Positions 27,815 through 36,347 of a stretch of 64,000 nucleotides of DNA are shown piece after piece; the stretch's first letter is position 1, and each line of letters starts with the position of its first letter. Made by a program: the position numbers and the translations under genes. The stretch comes from Bacillota bacterium. GTDB taxonomy: Bacteria; Bacillota; UBA4882; UBA10575. Below the pieces are notes generated by a model that made no database searches, had not been told where the DNA came from, and saw only the letters and a list, made by a program, of their open reading frames with translations. Location: contig DUNX01000094.1 of NCBI GenBank assembly GCA_012839115.1, positions 88 to 64,087 on the forward strand, given 5' to 3'.

Positions 27815-29209
27815 ATGAAACCCGGCCGGAGCAACGTGGAAAGGGCGGGGGCGGCTGACGCCGTGACTAACGCCGCGGAGATCCTCCGCGTTCTCCCGGG
27901 CAGCCCGGCGGAGAAGGTAAAGCTGCGGCCAGGGGAGAGGATTTTAGAGATCAATCAAGTCCGCCCGGCGGACCTCATTGACTACCTGAGAGCGGAGGCC
28001 GCGGACCGTCTCCACCTTTTAATGGCGGGACCGGAGGGAAACAGGCGGGAGATCCGGCTGGAAAAAGCAGCGGAGGAGCCTTTGGGGGTAGTTTTTACCT
28101 CCGCCGTCTTTGACCGGGTCAAGACCTGTTGCAACCGGTGCCTCTTCTGTTTTGTCGACCAGATGCCGCCCGGGCTGAGAAAAACCTTATATGTAAAGGA
28201 CGACGATTACCGTCTCTCTTTCTTGCAGGGCAGTTATATAACCCTCACCAATCTTGAGCCCGCCGATTGGGAACGGATAGAAAGGCTTCATCTGAGTCCC
28301 CTTTATATCTCCATCCACGCCACCGGGCCGGAGATCCGGCGGAAGCTTTTCCGGTCCCCGGCGGCGGCGGAGATCATGCCGTCCTTGAGAAGACTGGCTG
28401 ATTGGGGCATCAGTTTCCATGGCCAACTGGTCCTCTGCCCGGGGGTCAACGACGGGGAAGCGCTCTTCCGTACCCTTACCGACCTTGGCGGGTTGTGGCC
28501 GGCACTGGGGAGCCTGGCGGTGGTACCGGTGGGCTTGACCGCTTACCGGCAGGGATTGCCGGAACTCCGGGGCTTTACACCGGAAGAGGCCAGGGAAGTA
28601 TTGGCGATGGTCGTTTCGTTTCAGGAGAAATTCCTGGCCGCCCACGGCAGCCGGCTGGTTTTTGCCGCTGATGAACTTTACTTGTTGGCGGGGAAGGAAT
28701 TTCCACCCCTCGCCGAGTATGAGGATCTTTGGCAACTGACCAACGGGGTGGGCTTGTGGCCCCTATTTAAAGCCGAATTCCTGCACAACCTCACGGAGTT
28801 TTTCACCGGCTGCCAGGAGCGGGGGTATTCCCCCACGGGCAAACGGGTGGTCTTGACCGGCTTTGCCGCGGCTAAACTCTGGGAGGAATTAGCCGGGGAG
28901 GTGCGGAAGTATTTTCCCAGGATTGTTATGGAAGTCAGACCGGTTCCCAGTGTTTTTGGCCCGGAGGTAACCGTCGCCGGCCTGGTGACCGGGGCTGATA
29001 TCATCAGCCATCTCCTGGAGAAGGAACCCGACCCCGGAGCAACCATCCTTCTTCCCGCGGTAATGCTTCGCCGGGAGGAAGAGGATTTCCTGGACGGGTA
29101 CTCGCTCCGCCAGGTCGAAGAGGCGGTGGGCCGGCGCCTGCAGGTGGTGGAGACAACAGGAGAGGCGGCGGTCCGGGCGCTTCTGGAAGGGGAGGGGGAC
29201 CAAAGATGA
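27815..29209 (+). CDS. PDZ + radical-SAM-like + DUF512 domain protein
   Basis: The ATG at 27815 is 1 nt after the dut stop. PDZ-like N-terminus (VLPGSPAEKVKLRPGERILEIN), Cys cluster CCNRCLFC, and a long C-terminal region of DUF512 type. The track ORF from 27665 overlaps dut and is not used. Confidence 0.75.
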   Translation: MKPGRSNVERAGAADAVTNAAEILRVLPGSPAEKVKLRPGERILEINQVRPADLIDYLRAEAADRLHLLMAGPEGNRREIRLEKAAEEPLGVVFTSAVFDRVKTCCNRCLFCFVDQMPPGLRKTLYVKDDDYRLSFLQGSYITLTNLEPADWERIERLHLSPLYISIHATGPEIRRKLFRSPAAAEIMPSLRRLADWGISFHGQLVLCPGVNDGEALFRTLTDLGGLWPALGSLAVVPVGLTAYRQGLPELRGFTPEEAREVLAMVVSFQEKFLAAHGSRLVFAADELYLLAGKEFPPLAEYEDLWQLTNGVGLWPLFKAEFLHNLTEFFTGCQERGYSPTGKRVVLTGFAAAKLWEELAGEVRKYFPRIVMEVRPVPSVFGPEVTVAGLVTGADIISHLLEKEPDPGATILLPAVMLRREEEDFLDGYSLRQVEEAVGRRLQVVETTGEAAVRALLEGEGDQR

Positions 29210-30555
29210 AAAAGGCGGTTGTGGCCATTGTCGGCCGGCCGAATGTGGGAAAATCCACCCTCTTTAACCGGTTGACCGGCCGGCGGGTGGCGATCGTTGA
29301 AAGCATTCCCGGGGTAACCCGTGACCGCTTATACGCGGAAGGGGAATGGGCAGGCCGGCGTTTTTTTCTCGTCGACACCGGCGGGATCGCCCCCGTGCAG
29401 CCGGATGACCCAATACAGCAGCAGGTTTACGAACAAGCCGTATTGGCCGTGGACGAGGCGGATCTCATCCTCTTTGTCGTGGACGGGCCGGCCGGCCTTC
29501 AGGCACTGGACCGGGAGGTTGCGGATATTCTCCGCCGGGCAGCCAAACCCGTGGTTTTGGTCGTCAATAAAGTCGACTCGTTCCAACCTGGGTGGGGAGC
29601 GGATTTTTATGCCCTGGGTTTTGGCGAACCGGTCCTGGTCTCAGCGGAACACGCTTTAAACCTGGACGAACTTTTCGAAGCCATTGTTTCGCACTTGCCG
29701 CCCGCCGTGGCCGAGGATGAGACCGCTGCGGTCAAGGTGGCGATTATTGGCCGGCCGAATGTGGGCAAGTCATCGCTGGTCAATGCCTTACTCGGTGAGG
29801 AACGGGTTATTGTCAGTTCCGTTCCCGGGACTACCCGGGATGCGGTGGATACGCCCTTACGTTTTCAAGAGCAGGATTTTCTTCTTATTGATACCGCCGG
29901 GATTCGTGCGCGCGTGCGCGCGCGCTCGCGCGGGCACGCGTCCCAGGGTGCGGTGGAGTATTACAGTGTGCTCCGGGCTTTACAGGCGGTGGAGAGATCC
30001 GATGTCACCCTGGTGCTGCTGGATGCCGCGGAGTTCCTGCTGGAACAGGATAAAAAGGTGGCTGCCATCCCGCACGAAGCCGGCAGGGGCACAATTCTGG
30101 TGGTGAACAAATGGGACCTGGCGGAGAAGACCTCCCGGACAGCCCAGGAATATGAACGGCGGCTCCGGATGGAGATGCCTTTTATCCGGTATGCGCCCGC
30201 CCTTTTTCTTTCAGCCCGGACCGGTCTGCGGGTGGGACGGGTTTTCCCGGAAGTCATCCGGGTGGCCGCAGAGTACAGCCGGCGGGTGCCGACAGGCCGG
30301 CTTAACCAGGCGCTCCGTGAAGCGGTGGACAGGCGCCACCCCCCCTCCCGGAAGGGGAAAACACTGAAAATCTATTATGCCAGCCAGATCCAGGTCAAAC
30401 CGCCGACGATCCAATTTTGGGTCAATAATCCGGAACTGGTCCACTTCTCTTACCGGCGGTTTTTAGAGAACAGGATCAGGGAGGAATTCGGTTTTACCGG
30501 TACTCCCCTCCGGCTTTTTTTCAGAAAAAGAGGGAGAAAAGCAGCGGAATACTAG
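29206..30555 (+). CDS. der: Ribosome-associated GTPase Der (EngA), two tandem G domains + KH-like domain
   Basis: Two P-loops (GRPNVGKST, GRPNVGKSS), two DTAG and two NKxD motifs. The ATG overlaps the upstream stop. Confidence 0.95.
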   Translation: MKKAVVAIVGRPNVGKSTLFNRLTGRRVAIVESIPGVTRDRLYAEGEWAGRRFFLVDTGGIAPVQPDDPIQQQVYEQAVLAVDEADLILFVVDGPAGLQALDREVADILRRAAKPVVLVVNKVDSFQPGWGADFYALGFGEPVLVSAEHALNLDELFEAIVSHLPPAVAEDETAAVKVAIIGRPNVGKSSLVNALLGEERVIVSSVPGTTRDAVDTPLRFQEQDFLLIDTAGIRARVRARSRGHASQGAVEYYSVLRALQAVERSDVTLVLLDAAEFLLEQDKKVAAIPHEAGRGTILVVNKWDLAEKTSRTAQEYERRLRMEMPFIRYAPALFLSARTGLRVGRVFPEVIRVAAEYSRRVPTGRLNQALREAVDRRHPPSRKGKTLKIYYASQIQVKPPTIQFWVNNPELVHFSYRRFLENRIREEFGFTGTPLRLFFRKRGRKAAEY

Positions 30556-30594
30556 GATTCCGGGTAGGAATATCGATTTTTGGAGGAGATTTTC

Positions 30595-31206
30595 ATGCAC
30601 GGCCTTATTGCGGTGATCATCAGTTATTTTATCGGCGGTTTTCTGACAGCGGGAGTAATCGCATCCTTAAAACGAGTGGATCTCAGTAAAAAAGGCAGCG
30701 GAAACCTCGGGGCCACCAATGCCTTCCGGGTCTTCGGTCCTTTTCTTGCCACCCTGGTCCTTCTGGGCGATATCGCCAAGGGAGTGCTGGGAGTCTGGGT
30801 CGGTCTCCGGTTGGGAAGCGGTACGGAGGTGGCCGCTCTTTGTGGATTGGCGGTAATAGTCGGCCACAATTGGCCTCTCTTCTTTGGCTTCCAAGGGGGC
30901 AAAGGGATCGCGACAACGCTGGGGGCGATGATTCTCCTGGTCCCCCAGACGATTATGGTGGTGATCCCCTTATGGGCATTGGTGGTTTTGCTCACCCGTT
31001 ATGTTTCCCTGGCCTCGTTAGTGGCAGCCGTGGCTTTGCCGGTGACTACTTACTTCTTCTACCCCGGACAGAAATTGGTGCTGTTGTTTGCTGCCGGCAG
31101 CGCCCTTTTAGCGCTTTACCGGCATCAAGAGAATATCCGGCGGCTCCTGGCCGGAAAAGAGCATAAAATCCAGCTTCTACGCAGGAGCGGGAGGGAAGAT
31201 AAATGA
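30595..31206 (+). CDS. plsY: Glycerol-3-phosphate acyltransferase PlsY
   Basis: The ATG at 30595 follows GGAGGAG. SGNLGATNAFR and HNWPLFFGFQGGKG motifs. Confidence 0.9.
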   Translation: MHGLIAVIISYFIGGFLTAGVIASLKRVDLSKKGSGNLGATNAFRVFGPFLATLVLLGDIAKGVLGVWVGLRLGSGTEVAALCGLAVIVGHNWPLFFGFQGGKGIATTLGAMILLVPQTIMVVIPLWALVVLLTRYVSLASLVAAVALPVTTYFFYPGQKLVLLFAAGSALLALYRHQENIRRLLAGKEHKIQLLRRSGREDK

Positions 31207-32210
31207 GAATTGGAGTTATCGGCGCCGGAGGCTGGGGCACTGCGCTGGCCCGGCTTTTAGCAGAAAACGGGCACCAGGTGAAGATCTGGGCCCATGAGAA
31301 AGAGACGGTCGAACAAATTAACGGGTTTCATTATAATCCCCGGTTTTTGCCAGGGGTGGAGCTTCCCTCGACCCTGAAGGCTGGCAATGATCCGGATGAA
31401 GTCGGAGCAGACCAGGAAATGTTGGTTTTTGCGGTCCCTTCCCAATGGCTGCGAAGCATTGCTTCGTTGTTCACACCTTATGCTTCCCCCGGTACCCTGG
31501 TGGTAAATGCCGGTAAAGGGATTGAGGTGGAGACCTTAAAAGCCCTCTCCACAGTACTTGAGGAGGAATTGGCAGTCCCCTCCGGGCAAATTGTCGCCCT
31601 TTCCGGCCCCAACCACAGCGAAGAAGTGGGGAAGGGGTATCCTTCAGCCACTGTTGTGGCCTCCCCGGACCTGACAGCCGCTGAAGCCGTTCAGGATGTG
31701 TTTATCTCCTCCTATTTCCGGGTCTACACAAACCCGGACCGCCGCGGGGTTGAACTGGGCGGCGCTTTGAAAAACGTCTTTGCCCTCGCCGCCGGGATCT
31801 GCGAGGGACTCGGTTATGAAGACAACACCAAAGCCGCTTTAATCACCAGGGGATTGGCGGAAATGCGCCGTCTTGGCGAGAAGATGGGGGCGTTGCCCTT
31901 GACTTTTGCCGGTCTTTCCGGGCTGGGGGATCTTTTTGCCACCGCTTCCGGTCGCCACAGCCGGAACGCCTGGGCCGGACGGGAGATCGGGCGGGGGCGG
32001 AAAGTCCATGAGGTCTTGGCCTCCACGCCATTTGTCGTTGAGGGGGTCCCTACCACCAAGGCCGCTTACCGCCTGGGTGAGAAGTTTGGCATTGAATTGC
32101 CGATTATTGCCAATATGTACCGGGTGCTTTTTGAAGGCTTCCCCCCGCAAAAAGCGGTGGAGGTTTTAATGAGCAGGGACCGCCGTCACGAACTGGAAAG
32201 ACTGGATTGA
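31203..32210 (+). CDS. gpsA: NAD(P)H-dependent glycerol-3-phosphate dehydrogenase
   Basis: GAGGWGTALA Rossmann motif, GALKNV and GLGDL motifs. Overlaps the plsY stop. Confidence 0.93.
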   Translation: MRIGVIGAGGWGTALARLLAENGHQVKIWAHEKETVEQINGFHYNPRFLPGVELPSTLKAGNDPDEVGADQEMLVFAVPSQWLRSIASLFTPYASPGTLVVNAGKGIEVETLKALSTVLEEELAVPSGQIVALSGPNHSEEVGKGYPSATVVASPDLTAAEAVQDVFISSYFRVYTNPDRRGVELGGALKNVFALAAGICEGLGYEDNTKAALITRGLAEMRRLGEKMGALPLTFAGLSGLGDLFATASGRHSRNAWAGREIGRGRKVHEVLASTPFVVEGVPTTKAAYRLGEKFGIELPIIANMYRVLFEGFPPQKAVEVLMSRDRRHELERLD

Positions 32211-32262
32211 GCCGCCTGTCCCTGCCCAACAAAAAAAAAGAGGCAAGCAACCAAAGAAACAG

Positions 32263-32290
32263 GCAACCTCTTCATGGGGTTGTTTTTTTT
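32263..32290 (+). terminator. Intrinsic terminator after gpsA
   Basis: 8-bp stem (32263-32270 with 32276-32283, including two G-U pairs) followed by T8. Confidence 0.7.
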
Positions 32291-32421
32291 GTCCTATTTT
32301 TCCCAAGGCGCTCATATAATGTTGACTAAAGAAATGGCACCATTGGGGTTCTCCGGGGAGGTGGAGACAGCGTAAGACCAGTAGATGCCATAAGGAAATC
32401 ATGGGAAAAGGGGGGAGATGG

Positions 32422-33897
32422 ATGGAAGGTTTTGCAATCTTCAAGGATATTGCCGAGCGTACGGGGGGAGATATTTATATCGGAGTTGTCGGCCCTGTGC
32501 GGACAGGAAAATCCACTTTTATCAAGCGTTTTATGGAATTGATGGTCTTGCCGGAGATCAACGACCCGTATGACCTGGAACGGACAGAAGATGAATTGCC
32601 GCAAAGCGGGGCGGGTAAGACCATTATGACCACGGAACCCAAATTTGTCCCGGATGAGGCTGTCCCTTTGAAAATGGAGAACGTAGAATTCCGCGTCCGT
32701 CTGGTCGATTGCGTCGGTTATACCGTAAACGGCGCTGTGGGATATATGGATGAACATGGGCCCCGGATGGTGATTACACCATGGAGTCCGGAACCGGTGA
32801 CTTTTCAGGCTGCGGCAGAGATGGGGACGAGAAAGGTCATCAGGGATCATTCCACCATCGGACTGGTGGTTACCACCGACGGGAGTATCACCGAGATCCC
32901 GCGGGAGAATTACCTGGCTGCTGAGGAAAGGGTCGTTAATGAACTGACCCTCCTGGGAAAGCCCTTTATTATCCTTTTAAACTCTGTAAATCCCGGCGCA
33001 GAAAGCACCATTGCCCTGGGCAGGGAATTGGCGGAGAAGTACCAAGTGCCCGTGTTGCCCATTGATTGCTTGAAGATGGAGACAAAGGAGATCAACCGGA
33101 TTGTTCAGGAGATCCTCCGGATGTTCCCGGTGCAGGAGATCCAGTTTGATTTCCCGCTTTGGGTGGAGGAACTGGCCGGTGATTTCTGGCTGCGCCGGCA
33201 GTACGAGGAGGCAATATATTCGGCGGTGGAAGAGATAGAAAAGGTTAGGGATGTGGAAAGGGCTTTGGCTCTCCTTTCCGCCGCCGAACATGTGGAGACG
33301 GCTGCTCTTCCCTCTGTTAGCCTGGGCCAGGGAAAAGTAACCATCACCATTGAACCGCCGGCCGGCCTGTTTTACCAGGTTTTGCAGGAGATCACCGGCT
33401 TGGGCCTGGCCAATGAGGGCGACCTCCTGCGCAATCTTAAGGAACTTGCGGTGGTCAAGAAGGAATACAGCAGGGTGGCAGGGGCATTGCAACAGTTGAA
33501 AGAGCTTGGTTACGGGCTGGTTACCCCGGAAATGGATGAGATCGAATTTGCAGAACCGGAATTAATCCGCCAGGGCAGCCGTTGCGGGATCCGGATCCGG
33601 GCTTCCGCCCCGTCCTACCATATGATCCGGGCGGTAATTACTACCGAAGTGATTCCGGTGGTGGGAACGGAAAAACAAGGCGAAGAGTTCATTCGCTTCC
33701 TTACGGAAGAGTTCGAAAAAAACCCCGACCAGATTTGGAAGACAGAATTCTTCGGGAAAACCCTTCATGATTTGGTGAAAGAGGGGATCCAGGCCAAATT
33801 GAACAGGTTGCCTGCATATGCCCAGGAAAAACTGCAGGAGACCTTAAGCAAGATCATTAATGAGGGTAGCGGCGGATTGGTTTGCATAATAATCTAG
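32422..33897 (+). CDS. spoIVA: Stage IV sporulation protein A (spore coat morphogenetic ATPase)
   Basis: MEGFAIFKDIAERTGGDIYIGVVGPVRTGKSTFIKRFM is near-identical in pattern to the B. subtilis SpoIVA N-terminus (Walker A). The ATG at 32422 follows a G-rich RBS. Confidence 0.95.
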   Translation: MEGFAIFKDIAERTGGDIYIGVVGPVRTGKSTFIKRFMELMVLPEINDPYDLERTEDELPQSGAGKTIMTTEPKFVPDEAVPLKMENVEFRVRLVDCVGYTVNGAVGYMDEHGPRMVITPWSPEPVTFQAAAEMGTRKVIRDHSTIGLVVTTDGSITEIPRENYLAAEERVVNELTLLGKPFIILLNSVNPGAESTIALGRELAEKYQVPVLPIDCLKMETKEINRIVQEILRMFPVQEIQFDFPLWVEELAGDFWLRRQYEEAIYSAVEEIEKVRDVERALALLSAAEHVETAALPSVSLGQGKVTITIEPPAGLFYQVLQEITGLGLANEGDLLRNLKELAVVKKEYSRVAGALQQLKELGYGLVTPEMDEIEFAEPELIRQGSRCGIRIRASAPSYHMIRAVITTEVIPVVGTEKQGEEFIRFLTEEFEKNPDQIWKTEFFGKTLHDLVKEGIQAKLNRLPAYAQEKLQETLSKIINEGSGGLVCIII

Positions 33898-34085
33898 TTA
33901 CACGTGTAATTACTCGCGTGCTCGCAGGCGTATTCATACGCACGCGTGTTTGTACGCACACGTACTTGCGCGAAAATCGGATCGCCGCAGGGGTGGGGCG
34001 AAATGGAGCACACTCGCACGTGTGCGAACTCGCGTGGACGCGAACTCGCATAACGTGCGAATTCGCGTCCACGAGCGCGAGAATA
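33898..34085. repeat. CG-rich alternating purine-pyrimidine word block with a 17-bp hairpin, between the spoIVA stop and its terminator
   Basis: Perfectly alternating R/Y runs at 33899-33908, 33935-33949, 33951-33965 and 34015-34026. Direct repeat GCGAACTCGC x2. Hairpin GTGGACGCGAACTCGCA / TGCGAATTCGCGTCCAC at 34034-34072. Confidence 0.85.
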
Positions 34086-34328
34086 ATTTAACCCCTGCAA
34101 CAAAAAGGGAGCTCACCGCTCCTTTTTTGTTGTCGCCGCGCGTGCCCACCCACGCAACACAAACCCGGCAAGAGCTGCGGAAATTTTGTGAACTTCGATG
34201 ACTACTGGAAAATATAAAAAAAATCGGATAGGAGAGAAGGAAAAAGGGGAATTATCTAGAATAGATAAAAGACGTTTTTTATCCCAGTGTTTTCCTCTAA
34301 CATTCAAAGACTGGAAGGAGGTGAGCTA

Positions 34329-34604
34329 ATGACCAAGGCAGAATTAATTGAAAAAGTAGCAGATAAGAGCAATCTGACCAAAAAGGACTCCGGAAAGGCA
34401 GTGGACGCCGTTTTGGCAACCATGACAGAGGCTTTAGCCCGGGGGGAAAAGATACAACTGGTTGGTTTTGGAAGCTTTGAGGTGAGAAAAAGAGGAGCCC
34501 GTACCGGACGGAATCCTCAGACCGGAGCGGCAATTAAGATTGCTGCCAGAAAGGTGCCGGTTTTCAAGCCGGGCAAGGCTCTAAAGGATGCAGTGGACAA
34601 GTAG
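34329..34604 (+). CDS. hup: DNA-binding protein HU
   Basis: [11 protein letters not shown]...[21 protein letters not shown]...[28 protein letters not shown]. spoIVA-hbs synteny as in Bacillus. Confidence 0.93.
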   Translation: MTKAELIEKVADKSNLTKKDSGKAVDAVLATMTEALARGEKIQLVGFGSFEVRKRGARTGRNPQTGAAIKIAARKVPVFKPGKALKDAVDK

Positions 34605-34626
34605 ACTTCCTTTCGGTTCAATACTT

Positions 34627-34652
34627 AAAGCGGGGTAAATCCCGCTTTTTTT
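34627..34652 (+). terminator. Intrinsic terminator after hup
   Basis: AGCGGG (34629-34634) pairs with CCCGCT (34641-34646). Followed by T6. Confidence 0.85.
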
Positions 34653-34752
34653 ATATTTTTTTTCGGCCGCTCTCTGCTTAACTTTCGGGAGCGCTTATGG
34701 TATAATCTAATAGTTGCCGTAAACGCGGCAAGCGCACGATATCCGCGAGACC

Positions 34753-35331
34753 ATGGAGGCGATGGTTGTGGATGGGAAAAGGGTTTTCCGGGAGATCCTT
34801 GAAGTAGTTATTCCGGCTTTAATTCTCTTCTTGATAATCAGGGCTTTTCTCTTTGAGGCCAGGTATGTACCGAGCCCGTCAATGCATCCCACGATCATGG
34901 TTTGGGACCGTTTTCTTGTGGAGAAGGTTACTTACCGTTTTCGCAAGCCCGAACGCGGTGAAATTGTGGTTTTTCGCCCGCCTGAACAGGTGCTCAAAAT
35001 GATGAAAGAGGCGCCTGTGCCGAACACGCCCTTGCAAACCCAGGATTTTATCAAACGCATCATCGGCCTGCCCGGGGAGACGGTCTGGATCCGGGAAGGA
35101 ACGGTTTATATTGACGGCCGGCCGTTAGCTGAAGACTACATCTCGCCGGAACGGGAACCTTTATATGAATTCGGGCCGGTGCGGATCCCGGCGGATCATT
35201 ATCTGATGTTGGGAGATAACAGGAATCAAAGCTGGGATGGGCACAATTGGGGTTTTGTCCCGCGGAAAAACATTATCGGCCGGGCGTTTTGGCGGTTCTG
35301 GCCCTTGAACCGGATGGGTCCTATCCGGTGA
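34753..35331 (+). CDS. lepB: Signal peptidase I
   Basis: TM anchor, catalytic Ser box (PSPSMHPT), Lys box (FIKRIIGLPGE) and GDNRNQSWD box. Confidence 0.88.
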   Translation: MEAMVVDGKRVFREILEVVIPALILFLIIRAFLFEARYVPSPSMHPTIMVWDRFLVEKVTYRFRKPERGEIVVFRPPEQVLKMMKEAPVPNTPLQTQDFIKRIIGLPGETVWIREGTVYIDGRPLAEDYISPEREPLYEFGPVRIPADHYLMLGDNRNQSWDGHNWGFVPRKNIIGRAFWRFWPLNRMGPIR

Positions 35332-35411
35332 GGAATGGTCATCCGCTGACGGATGGGGCGCCAATGATGGGCAGATTTTCCGTGACGAATGGGCATCCGC
35401 TGATGGGTTCC
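35328..35411. repeat. Imperfect 30-nt direct repeat (GTGA[GC]GAATGG[TG]CATCCGCTGA...) spaced 54 bp
   Basis: Copies at 35328-35358 and 35382-35411. Followed by the palindrome ATCCGTAAACGGAT at about 35453-35466. Confidence 0.6.
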
Positions 35412-35529
35412 ACCCGTTGCTGGACGGGCAGCTGTTCACAGGTGTTCCGGTCCATCCGTAAACGGATATCCGGACGGGAACGGTTTTTTTCTCTTTTTCG
35501 TTCTTTAAGAAAGAAGAAGGAGAGGTCCG

Positions 35530-36183
35530 ATGCGGTTAGAAGCTTTTGTTTTAGGGGAGATAGCGGTCAATTCCTATCTACTCTGGGATGAAGGGACAAA
35601 AGAGGCTGTTTGTATCGACCCGGGCCGGCCTGCTGCCGAAGTTGTCAAGGCTGTTAAAGCAAAAGGGTTGCGTTTGACGAGGATCCTTCTTACCCACGGA
35701 CATGCCGACCATATCGGCGGGGTGGCAGAAGTGAAGAACGCAACCGGCGCTTCAGTCGCAGCCCATTCTGCCACCGCGCCCGTGTTGGCTAACCCCGCGC
35801 TCAACCTCTCACAGCTCTTTGGGGAAGAAATTGTGGTCTACCCCGACACTTTGCTGGCCGATGGCGATATTATCCCTATTGGCAGTGTTCTTTTGAAAGT
35901 CCGGCATACCCCGGGGCATTCCCCGGGCGGTATTTGCGTATTTGGACCGGGGTTGGTCTTTACCGGGGATCTGATTTTTGCCGGGAGTGTCGGCCGGACG
36001 GATTTACCCGGCGGCAACCTGGCAACACTGATGCAAAGCGTAACAGAACTGATGCAACTGCCCGATGAGACCAGGCTTTTTCCCGGACACGGGCCCCCGA
36101 CCATGGTCGGCCGGGAACGGTTGACCAATCCGTTCGTAAAAGAATTGGGTGGTAAAGACGGCCGGCCGTCGCATCCTGATTGA
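35530..36183 (+). CDS. MBL-fold metallo-hydrolase (hydroxyacylglutathione-hydrolase-like)
   Basis: HGHADHIGG metal motif and a later HTPGHSPG motif. 217 aa. RBS AAGGAGAGG. Confidence 0.85.
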   Translation: MRLEAFVLGEIAVNSYLLWDEGTKEAVCIDPGRPAAEVVKAVKAKGLRLTRILLTHGHADHIGGVAEVKNATGASVAAHSATAPVLANPALNLSQLFGEEIVVYPDTLLADGDIIPIGSVLLKVRHTPGHSPGGICVFGPGLVFTGDLIFAGSVGRTDLPGGNLATLMQSVTELMQLPDETRLFPGHGPPTMVGRERLTNPFVKELGGKDGRPSHPD

Positions 36184-36347
36184 CAAGATAGGGGCCTTTG
36201 GGTAAAATATTGAAAGAATTCCCGCCGGTTTTTCCTCGCCGCGATGGACTTGCGCGCCCGCGCGCAATCGGCCATGGAAAGCAGCGAGTTTTTTTATAGA
36301 CGCCCCCACAAAGGGTTATCAATTTTGACTTTAAGGAGGAGTTTATC

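Noticed and set aside
33857-34201. Several 69-83-aa ORFs on both strands across the spoIVA-hup spacer
   Set aside because: All are Arg/Cys/Thr/His-rich translations of the alternating CG/CA tracts. Open frames on both strands simultaneously indicate a compositional artefact.
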